Shown here: piece by piece, positions 38,872-46,336 of the stretch | Numbering within the stretch: the stretch's first letter is position 1 | How the letters are laid out: each line of letters starts with the position of its first letter | DNA from: an uncultured Candidatus Saccharibacteria bacterium | GTDB lineage: Bacteria > Patescibacteriota > Saccharimonadia > Saccharimonadales > SZUA-47 | Reading direction: 5' to 3' | Length of the DNA stretch: 58,163 bases | Assembly (NCBI GenBank): GCA_964451085.1 | Contig: CAYVHE010000001.1 | Coordinates: forward strand, 1 to 58,163 | Translations under genes and position numbers: made by a program | Notes under the pieces: model-generated | The model's input: the letters and a program-made list of their open reading frames with translations, nothing else | What the model was told of the DNA's origin: nothing | Database searches by the model: none

Positions 38872-38947
38872 GGCCCGGTAGTTCAATGGATAGAACACCA
38901 CCGTCCTAAGGTGGGTGTTGGGGGTTCGATTCCCTCCCGGGTCACCA
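38872..38947 (+). tRNA. tRNA-Arg(CCU)
   Basis: Hand-folded cloverleaf: acceptor GGCCCGG/CCGGGTC, D arm GTTC/GAAC, anticodon stem CCACC/GGTGG with loop GTCCTAA, T arm GGGGG-TTCGATT-CCCTC, and an encoded CCA. Confidence 0.85.
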
Positions 38948-38993
38948 GTGAAAATTAGATACCACCGCATCGGTGGTATATTAATTTCACTGG
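38945..38993 (+). terminator. long hairpin / terminator starting in the tRNA-Arg CCA end
   Basis: Core 9-bp stem ATACCACCG-CAT-CGGTGGTAT, extended by CCAGTGAAAATTA / TTAATTTCACTGG, with an AT-rich tail. Confidence 0.5.
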
Positions 38994-39089
38994 TTGATTC
39001 ACGCAGTGAATATCGAACCCCCAGGCGGTTCGCTAATCAGGTATTTTGTTTCGCTGTCTATAAGTTGCTATCTGTTGTAGAATAATATC

Positions 39090-39638
39090 ATGGCGAAAAA
39101 GGCATTTAGAGGACAATACGAGGACGAAGATGTCTTGCTAGTTTTCAGAAAACACCCCGTTGTTATGCGTAAGGGCTTGATTCTGTTTATGTTTTCTATA
39201 TTGCTAGGCACGGTACCTTCTTTTATAAAACCAGAACTTAGCTATTTCTATGCGGGAATAGGCGGCGGGATAGTCCTGGGCTTTTTAGTGGCTTTTCCTT
39301 CTTGGGTATATTGGTATTTTAGTGTGTATATTATGACCAATAAAAGATTTATACAAACTACTCAGAAGGGTTTTTTCCATAGAAAAGTAGTTGATCTTGC
39401 TTTAAATCAAATTCAAATGGTTAATTTTGAAATATCCGGAATACAAGAAACTCTACTTGGTTTTGGTACAATAATGGTGCAGACCTACGTTGGCGATTTA
39501 GTCATACATGATGTACACAAGCCAGCCAAGGTCCAGCATGAAATTCTAGATATTTTAAGAGAGCGGGGGATAGCAATACATTCTCCTGATGGTCCAAATA
39601 ACGATACAATTCAGGAAATAAGCAATAATAATTTATGA
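39090..39638 (+). CDS. membrane protein with bacterial PH (DUF304-like) domain
   Basis: FRKHPVVMRKG, then 2 TM helices, then a PH-like beta-rich region (TNKRFIQTT...IQMVNFE). Confidence 0.5.
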   Translation: MAKKAFRGQYEDEDVLLVFRKHPVVMRKGLILFMFSILLGTVPSFIKPELSYFYAGIGGGIVLGFLVAFPSWVYWYFSVYIMTNKRFIQTTQKGFFHRKVVDLALNQIQMVNFEISGIQETLLGFGTIMVQTYVGDLVIHDVHKPAKVQHEILDILRERGIAIHSPDGPNNDTIQEISNNNL

Positions 39639-40699
39639 GAAAAAAGATTAAAAAGTTACGTGAGCGACAGGCAGAAAAAAAAGAAGCCAAAGAAGTAACA
39701 TCTATACCTAAAATTACTAGTGACAATGTTGCTGAGCACCGTGAGGATGTACTTTCTGGTGCACGTAAATTCATATATCCTTTGCAACATTCTAAGCACA
39801 AAATTATTATCATAACTACAAGTTTGTTTGTTGTAGTGATAATGTTGTTCTTTTTGGTCTCGGCATTATTTTTATACAAATTCCAGACTACTTCCAGGTC
39901 TATGTATCAAATAACTCGTGTCGTGCCTTTTCCGATAGCCAGGTCGGGCACAACCTTTATCGCATATGAAAACTATCTTTTTGAGCTTGAGCACTACATT
40001 CATTATTATGAGAATCAGCAACAGCTTAGTTTTCAGACAGAGGCTGGCAGGTCTCAACTCGCTAGCTATAAGCAAAGAGCCATTGATAAGGTTATAAACG
40101 ATGCCTATGTCAAAATAATGGCGAAAGAGAAGGGTATATCAGTAAGTAGTAGTGAAATTAATGAACAAATAAGAATTGCTAAAGATCAAAATAGACTAGG
40201 TAGTAATGATCAGGTTTTTGAGGACGTACTGCGGGAGTTCTGGGATTGGTCTGTTAGTGATTTTAGACGTAGCTTAAAGAGTGAAATTCTTGAGCAAAAG
40301 GTTATTAGGGTAAACGATAAGGAAACAGAACAACGTGCAACCGAAGCATTGGCAAAGATTAAAGCTGGCGCAGAGTTTGCAGATATCTCAAAAGAGTATT
40401 CCGATGATTCGTTTACTAAGGACTCGGCCGGTGATTTTGGATTTGTAAATAAATCTAACAGGAACGTATCGCAGCAGACAGTAGATACTTTATTTAAGTT
40501 ATCTGAGGGCCAAGTATCCGGAGTTACGATTGTTCCTTACGGCACAGGCTATGCACTGTCTATTATAAAAAACCTAGGTGCTCAGGGTGATCAGGTGCAT
40601 GGTGCGCATATTATTTTCCAGCTAAAGAGTTTAGATGATATCTTGAATGACCAGAAAGACCAGCATCCATATCGTTTATATATGAATCCAGTCAATTAG
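39635..40699 (+). CDS. membrane-anchored parvulin-type peptidyl-prolyl isomerase (PrsA/SurA-like)
   Basis: TM helix, SurA-like helical region, and a PpiC domain (FADISKEYSDD...AGDFGFV...LSEGQVSGV). A 4-nt ATGA overlap links it to the upstream gene. Confidence 0.7.
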   Translation: MRKKIKKLRERQAEKKEAKEVTSIPKITSDNVAEHREDVLSGARKFIYPLQHSKHKIIIITTSLFVVVIMLFFLVSALFLYKFQTTSRSMYQITRVVPFPIARSGTTFIAYENYLFELEHYIHYYENQQQLSFQTEAGRSQLASYKQRAIDKVINDAYVKIMAKEKGISVSSSEINEQIRIAKDQNRLGSNDQVFEDVLREFWDWSVSDFRRSLKSEILEQKVIRVNDKETEQRATEALAKIKAGAEFADISKEYSDDSFTKDSAGDFGFVNKSNRNVSQQTVDTLFKLSEGQVSGVTIVPYGTGYALSIIKNLGAQGDQVHGAHIIFQLKSLDDILNDQKDQHPYRLYMNPVN

Positions 40700-40797
40700 T
40701 TTTTTAAGAATTATCCTTGTCTTTATCCCTGTTAACTGGTAAAATTACCCAAGTCTAATCAATTAAATTATAATTTGTTAATTTTTTAGGCAAGCGC

Positions 40798-40874
40798 GGG
40801 CTCGTGGTGTAGTGGCCTAACATGCCTCCCTGTCACGGAGGAGATCGCCGGTTCAAATCCGGTCGGGCCCGCCA
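40798..40874 (+). tRNA. tRNA-Asp(GUC)
   Basis: Hand-folded: acceptor GGGCTCG/CGGGCCC (one G-U pair), anticodon stem CCTCC/GGAGG with loop CTGTCAC, T arm GCCGG-TTCAAAT-CCGGT, discriminator G, and an encoded CCA. TATAAT at 40769-40774. Confidence 0.85.
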
Positions 40875-40913
40875 AGAAAAAGGATCTATCGTAAGATAGG
40901 TCTTTTTTCTTGG
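40872..40913. terminator. bidirectional intrinsic terminator after tRNA-Asp
   Basis: CCAAGAAAAAGGATCTATC-GTAA-GATAGGTCTTTTTTCTTGG. The A-run and T-run pair, and the loop is a GNRA tetraloop. Confidence 0.6.
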
Positions 40914-41034
40914 CCAGGTTCCGCCGGATCTTGAACCGGTAAGCCTCGAAGAGGCGCCGGGTCTACAGGTAAAAATTTTGTCATGCTACCTCTTAGCATG
41001 TAAGGAATTTATTGCCGTGCAAGCCTTTAGGCGC

Positions 41035-41094
41035 AATCCGGTCAAAGCCCGCCAACTAAAATGACTCATCCCCAAGATGGGTCTTTTTAGTTGG
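41035..41094 (+). repeat. partial second copy of the tRNA-Asp 3' end plus terminator-like hairpin
   Basis: AATCCGGTCAAAGCCCGCCA compared with the tRNA 3' end AATCCGGTCGGGCCCGCCA (40856-40874). It is followed by the hairpin GACTCATC-CCCAA-GATGGGTC and a T5 run. The offset is 179 bp. Confidence 0.55.
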
Positions 41095-41187
41095 ATGAGT
41101 CTCTGACTCGTGCTTTGAACCAGCGATTGCTCCGAAGGAGGGATGGACTAGCGTAGAAATTTCGTTGAACTACCTCTTGCTAATTAT

Positions 41188-42522
41188 TTACTCAGAGAGG
41201 GTTTTTGCTAGTCCAATATATGTTGAGGGGGTTAGATTAAGTAGTCGCTTTTTGTCATCTTTATCAATTTTTAAAAACTTAATAAATGTATGAATATCCA
41301 CTTTCGTGATTCGTTTACCCCTGGATAAGGACTTCATCTGATTATAAGCATCGTCGATACCATTTTTGCGCATTACTGTTTGGATAGCTTCTGTAAGCAG
41401 AGCCCACTGATTGTCTAGATCTGCTTTCATTTTTGCAGGATTTCCCTTAATTTTTGATAAGCCTCTTTCTAATGATTTTATGGCAACTAACGTATGCCCG
41501 TAAGCTTCGCTTAAAGACCTAAGAGCAGATGAATCACTTAAATCTCGTTGTAGCCTAGAAATAGGCAACTTTGCACTTAGATGATTTAGGAGGGCGTTAG
41601 CTACACCAAAATTAGCCTCGGCATTCTCAAAATCTATTGGGTTTACCTTGTGCGGCATAGTAGACGAACCAACTTCACCATTAATAACTTTTTGAGTCAT
41701 GTATCCATCGGATATGTACTGCCAGCAATCTCGCGCTAAATCTATGCATATTGTATTAGCCAGTGCTTGCTCATTGTTAAGTCTAGCGATCCAATCATGC
41801 GGCTCTATCTGCGTAGTTAGAGGGTTAAAAACCAATCCTAATGATTCTACGAATTCTTGCATTTGCTTGGGCCAATCAATGTTTGGGTAGGCCACTAAGT
41901 CGGCAGCATAGGTCCCTGTTGCGCCATTAAATTTGCCTAGAACGGTTACCTCCTGTATTCTGCCAAGTTGGTTAGAAAGCCTAGCAGAAAAAACGGCCAA
42001 TTCCTTACCTAGAGTAGTGGTTGTGGCAGCCTGCCCATGGGTTCTTGATATCATTACCGATTCAGATTCTTTTGAACTAAGTTTAGAAAGTTTTTTCTGT
42101 ACATTTTTTAGACCGGGTAATAATACGGAATCACGAGCCCCCTTTAGCATTACGCCGTAGGCAAGATTGTTGATGTCTTCGCTAGTTCTCCCGAAATGCA
42201 CGAAAGGCACGAGGCTATCGTAACTAGCTGATTTTAGAAATTGGCATATCCAAATTTCTACTGCTTTTACATCGTGGTTAACTTCATTTTCTATTTTTTT
42301 GATGGCTAGCATATCTTTTTCATTAAAGTCAGCAGTGAGTTTATCTAATTGGTTAATAATGCTATTTTCTAGTGGCTTACCGGTTACTGACATAAATTTT
42401 TTAAGCCACTCCACCTCTATTAATATACGATGTTTAATAAGTGCGTATTCAGATAAATAAGGCACAAGATCTTTAATTTTCTCATAGTATCTGCCGTCTA
42501 GAGGCGTAAGATTTATTCCCAT
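41188..42522 (-). CDS. purB: adenylosuccinate lyase
   Basis: 444 aa of the fumarate-lyase family, with the signature SSTMPHKVNP and a C-terminal ADSL domain. Confidence 0.9.
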   Translation of the reverse strand: MGINLTPLDGRYYEKIKDLVPYLSEYALIKHRILIEVEWLKKFMSVTGKPLENSIINQLDKLTADFNEKDMLAIKKIENEVNHDVKAVEIWICQFLKSASYDSLVPFVHFGRTSEDINNLAYGVMLKGARDSVLLPGLKNVQKKLSKLSSKESESVMISRTHGQAATTTTLGKELAVFSARLSNQLGRIQEVTVLGKFNGATGTYAADLVAYPNIDWPKQMQEFVESLGLVFNPLTTQIEPHDWIARLNNEQALANTICIDLARDCWQYISDGYMTQKVINGEVGSSTMPHKVNPIDFENAEANFGVANALLNHLSAKLPISRLQRDLSDSSALRSLSEAYGHTLVAIKSLERGLSKIKGNPAKMKADLDNQWALLTEAIQTVMRKNGIDDAYNQMKSLSRGKRITKVDIHTFIKFLKIDKDDKKRLLNLTPSTYIGLAKTLSE

Positions 42523-42594
42523 ATAATTTAATTATACCTTGCCTAAGCGTGTAGAATAATAAAGAAAGAGATAAAAATCAATGAAAGGGGTTTT

Positions 42595-43887
42595 ATGAGT
42601 GCTGTTGCGGTTGTTGGTGGTCAATATGGTGATGAAGGAAAAGGTAAGTTTGTTCATTATCTTGTGCACGAAGAAAAAATCCCAATCATTGGAAGAGGGA
42701 ATGGCGGGAGTAACGCGGGGCATAGCGTATACGACCCCGAAAAAGGCGTAGCCATTGCACTACATTCATTACCGTCCGGTGTTTTTGGTAAAAATGCTGT
42801 CAATATCATTGGCTGCGGTACAGTAGTAAACCCGCATAACTTAGTAGAAGAGATGTCTGCCGTAGAAGCCGCGGGGGCAAAACTTACCCCAAAAAATCTT
42901 ATGTTAAGCTCCAGAGCTCATGTAACACTGCAAACACACCGCGTACTAGATAGTGTTCACGATAAAGTTGGTTCTACGGCGCAAGGTATTGGTCCTACAT
43001 ATCGCGATAAAGCATCGCGAATAGGGATGAGGCTAGAATCTTTCACCAGAGATAATTGGCAAGAAGCTGCCAGAGATTTGATTAAGCAACATAATAATGA
43101 ACTCATTGCGACAGATAATACTGATTCAACTATTGATGCGGACGCAGAGATTGTACTGTTGGAAAAATCAGTGGCGCGGATTAAGCCATTTATTACTGAT
43201 ACAGTTACTTATCTTTTTGAGGCTTTAAATCAAGGTAAAAAAGTTATGCTAGAAGGTGCGCAGGCAACAATGCTTGATATAAATCATGGGACGTACCCGT
43301 TTGTTACATCTTCTAGCACTACCGGTGGCGGAATTGCCCTAGGATTAGGAATACCTGCACGACATGTTCAGAGAGTTATTGGAATTTTTAAATTGCCAAT
43401 GACTCGGGTAGGCAAGGGGCCATTTACGACACGACTTACAGAGCAGGAATCTGAAGTACACGATAAACTTGCTGGTAAAAAAGGCTCAAAAGGATCGGAA
43501 TTTGGAGCTACAACAGGTAGGCCGCGAGATATCGGCTGGATGGATTTAGTAATGGCAAAATATGCCCATAAAGTAAATGGATTTACCGATTTAGGTTTAA
43601 CAAAATTAGATATGCTAACTGGAATCCCGACCTTAAAAGTCTGTACAAGTTATATGCTAGACGGTAAAGAGATTGAAGTTATGCCCGTTGACACTGCTGC
43701 TATTGAGCGTTGCACGCCCGTGTATACAGAATTAGATGGTTGGGATGAAGACATTTCAAGTTTTACAGACTACTCAAAACTTCCAGAAAATGCCAAAAAA
43801 TACGTTAAATTTATTGAAGATTTTGTTGGTGTTCCAGCTACTATGATTGGTACTGGACCAGATAACGGTGATATGATAATTCGTTAA
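42595..43887 (+). CDS. purA: adenylosuccinate synthetase
   Basis: GGQYGDEGKGK P-loop, GTTAQGIGPTY-like (GSTAQGIGPTY), and GATTGRPR. Confidence 0.95.
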   Translation: MSAVAVVGGQYGDEGKGKFVHYLVHEEKIPIIGRGNGGSNAGHSVYDPEKGVAIALHSLPSGVFGKNAVNIIGCGTVVNPHNLVEEMSAVEAAGAKLTPKNLMLSSRAHVTLQTHRVLDSVHDKVGSTAQGIGPTYRDKASRIGMRLESFTRDNWQEAARDLIKQHNNELIATDNTDSTIDADAEIVLLEKSVARIKPFITDTVTYLFEALNQGKKVMLEGAQATMLDINHGTYPFVTSSSTTGGGIALGLGIPARHVQRVIGIFKLPMTRVGKGPFTTRLTEQESEVHDKLAGKKGSKGSEFGATTGRPRDIGWMDLVMAKYAHKVNGFTDLGLTKLDMLTGIPTLKVCTSYMLDGKEIEVMPVDTAAIERCTPVYTELDGWDEDISSFTDYSKLPENAKKYVKFIEDFVGVPATMIGTGPDNGDMIIR

Positions 43888-43939
43888 TTAGGAAATTATA
43901 GTTGAATTTGTCCTGAATTGACATATACTTTAAAGCGAT

Positions 43940-44548
43940 ATGTTAAGTAAAATAAAAAAACTTAAATTTAAACAAGTCATTCCCTATATCTATGTGGTTG
44001 GTGGTGGACTCGGTTTGTTATCATCTTTTATATTGGTATTAGATAGCATTAAGCTATTAGAAAATCCAGCAGCTGAACTTAGCTGTAATTTGAATCCAAT
44101 TATATCTTGTGGTTCTGTTATTGGGACCGACCAGGCTAGTGTTCTAGGCTTTCCTAACCCAGTCATGGGATTAATGGGTTTTGCTGCGTTAATTACAGTT
44201 GGCGTAGCCTTAATTGCTGGTGCTAAGTTTAAAAAATGGTTTTGGCTGGGGCTACAAGCCGGCGCTATAGGCGGAGTTATTTTTGTCTATTGGCTAATTT
44301 ATCAGAGTATATTCGTGCTAGGGACACTTTGCCCGTATTGTATGCTGGCTTGGTCCGTCACAATCCCGATTTTTTGGTATACAACAGTATTTAACCTGCA
44401 AGAGGGCAGAATTACCTTGGGTAGCAGGCTTCAGAAAGTTCAAAAAATAATACTAAACAATAGGGATTATATTTTATTTGTCTGGATTTTAGCAATAATT
44501 GCCCTAATTATTCAGCACTTTTGGTATTACTGGTCCACTTTAGTTTAG
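43940..44548 (+). CDS. vitamin K epoxide reductase (VKOR) family membrane protein
   Basis: Polytopic protein with the loop Cys pair CNLNPIISC and the active-site CPYC within a TM helix. Confidence 0.75.
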   Translation: MLSKIKKLKFKQVIPYIYVVGGGLGLLSSFILVLDSIKLLENPAAELSCNLNPIISCGSVIGTDQASVLGFPNPVMGLMGFAALITVGVALIAGAKFKKWFWLGLQAGAIGGVIFVYWLIYQSIFVLGTLCPYCMLAWSVTIPIFWYTTVFNLQEGRITLGSRLQKVQKIILNNRDYILFVWILAIIALIIQHFWYYWSTLV

Positions 44549-44635
44549 ACTTTTATTCATAGGTAAATTAAGGCGGTTAATTTTAGTTGTTCTTTGAGAT
44601 TTATGTATAGTAGCTAAAAGTAAAGAAAATTTTGA

Positions 44636-45586
44636 TTAGGCCGCAGACGTTAATCCAGGAAAAGCCACGAAATCATTGCCTTCAGCATCCTGTAGATATA
44701 ACCAAAAAGGGTACGCTCCGATTTTTTTGTCTATTTCACCTTTTTTTGAATGATTTTCTAGTCGGATATCGTTAGACCACTTCATAAATTCAGCCCCATG
44801 GTACATGTTCATTACATAGGCGCTAAGTTCCGGGCTAGCATTTATGTCTTTATATTTATGACCTCTGTTGTAGGATAGTAAACTTAATTTGATTTCTTCG
44901 TCGGTCATAGGTTTGGTAGCGTCAATTCCATAATAGTTTTTTGCGTTACGTATGTATAGTTTTGCTGCGCTAATTGCATTTTCTTCTATTTCTACGGGTT
45001 TAATGTCGCCAAAATCTACATTAGTTGTACCCAATAACTCACCTGCGTGTACAGAGTAGCGAGGGTCATTATTATTCTCACGGTAATGCGCACTCGCAAG
45101 CAATTTCCAGTCCAGCCCAGTCACTTCCTGCACCCTTTTGTATATAGGTATCATAACTGTCAGGTTTTCCTTAACTTGTTTGTTTACTTGGGGAGCAATC
45201 CACTCCATTTGTTCTTGCGTAATACCTTCATTGATTGGTGTTTGTTGCTCTACTTTAGTTGCAGAATTCACAGGAGCATCTATATTTATTATTTCATTTG
45301 CCGGAGCTTTGAGGTCTGGTAGCATGTCGTTATTGTTTACCACAATGGTCGATGCAGCAGGCTGTTCTTCGGGAGTAGTGTCTTGCGCAGCGCTGCCGGA
45401 TGTTAAATTTAATGCACCAGCACCAATACCCAATAACACCGCACCCGCAACAAGTTTTTTAACTGTGTTCGGTGAAGGTGGTGGAATAATTACATCTCCA
45501 TAAAGAATAGAAGGGTCTAACATATTAGTTGGAGGCATGGCTCTTGCAGTTAGTAGATGCTGAGGGATGGGTTGTTCTGCTGGCAT
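44636..45586 (-). CDS. membrane-anchored exported protein, unknown function (possibly cell-wall related)
   Basis: N-terminal Pro-rich segment, a TM helix (LVAGAVLLGIGAGAL), and a C-terminal globular domain. The family is not securely recognised. Confidence 0.4.
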   Translation of the reverse strand: MPAEQPIPQHLLTARAMPPTNMLDPSILYGDVIIPPPSPNTVKKLVAGAVLLGIGAGALNLTSGSAAQDTTPEEQPAASTIVVNNNDMLPDLKAPANEIINIDAPVNSATKVEQQTPINEGITQEQMEWIAPQVNKQVKENLTVMIPIYKRVQEVTGLDWKLLASAHYRENNNDPRYSVHAGELLGTTNVDFGDIKPVEIEENAISAAKLYIRNAKNYYGIDATKPMTDEEIKLSLLSYNRGHKYKDINASPELSAYVMNMYHGAEFMKWSNDIRLENHSKKGEIDKKIGAYPFWLYLQDAEGNDFVAFPGLTSAA

Positions 45587-45703
45587 ATTTATTTTTGAAT
45601 TAACTCTATAAATATAGCATAAATATGCTAAAATAGCAACTATATCTTAAAGTAACAAAAGTATTTTACAAAAGTATTTGGTATAATTATATCCGTTAAT
45701 GTT

Positions 45704-45779
45704 GCCGAAGTAGCTCAGTTGGTAGAGCAGCTCACTCGTAACGAGCAGGTCGCAGGTTCGATTCCCGTCTTCGGCTCCA
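45704..45779 (+). tRNA. tRNA-Thr(CGU)
   Basis: Acceptor GCCGAAG/CTTCGGC, D arm GCTC/GAGC, anticodon loop CTCGTAA, T arm GCAGG-TTCGATT-CCCGT, discriminator U, and an encoded CCA. A-C mismatches at 31:39 and 51:63. Confidence 0.8.
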
Positions 45780-45789
45780 ATAGTTTTTA

Positions 45790-45863
45790 GCGAGATTAGT
45801 ACAGTGGTAGTACACTTGCTTCCCAAGCAAGGAGCGCCAGTTCGATTCTGGTATCTCGCACCA
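45790..45863 (+). tRNA. tRNA-Gly(CCC)
   Basis: Acceptor GCGAGAT/ATCTCGC, anticodon stem CTTGC/GCAAG with loop TTCCCAA, T arm GCCAG-TTCGATT-CTGGT, an encoded CCA, then a T5 run. Confidence 0.85.
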
Positions 45864-45979
45864 GTTTTTCTCTTAAGTCAACACCGTACATATTTATAGA
45901 TTTTTCTATAAAGTTTAAGGCAAATTTCACTAAATCTTTTTAGTTTAGGCAAACTCTTATATACTATCAGGAGAAATTT

Positions 45980-46330
45980 ATGCATATTCCAAAACATTTT
46001 TTTAAAGATAAGACAGTCTTAGCGTTACTTGGCGCTAATGGAGCGCTGTTACTTTTGGCTGTATCTAACGTGATGTTAAATGTAGATACGTCTTTAAACA
46101 ACGTTAGTATCGTCTCTTATAGGTCAAGTAGAGCGATACAAGTTAGCGGGCCGACAAGCGATTTATACCAATTTGCGATTTTTGCTTTAATCGTAACTAT
46201 AATGTCGGTAATGCTAAGCATAAAACTATACACACACCGAAAACATTTTGCGGTGAGTTTATTAGGCCTAAATATTATATTGTTAGTTTTAAGCTTAGTC
46301 GTTTTTAACGCCTTAACAAGAACACTTTAA
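45980..46330 (+). CDS. small three-TM membrane protein
   Basis: 116 aa, hydrophobic, GGAG SD. Lies immediately upstream of the GT2 synthase. Confidence 0.45.
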   Translation: MHIPKHFFKDKTVLALLGANGALLLLAVSNVMLNVDTSLNNVSIVSYRSSRAIQVSGPTSDLYQFAIFALIVTIMSVMLSIKLYTHRKHFAVSLLGLNIILLVLSLVVFNALTRTL

Positions 46331-46336
46331 GTTATT

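Noticed and set aside
37340-38947. Tyrosine recombinase close to tRNA-Arg as the edge of an integrated genomic island.
   Set aside because: The recombinase has Xer-type size and motifs. Both flanks are housekeeping (pilus locus, ndk), and no direct repeat of the tRNA-Arg 3' end was found.
39000-39075. Minus-strand tRNA gene downstream of tRNA-Arg, suggested by its T-loop-like GGGGGTTCGAT.
   Set aside because: No matching 3' T-stem strand, acceptor stem or anticodon arm can be formed. At best it is a decayed fragment, and it is reported as a finding instead.
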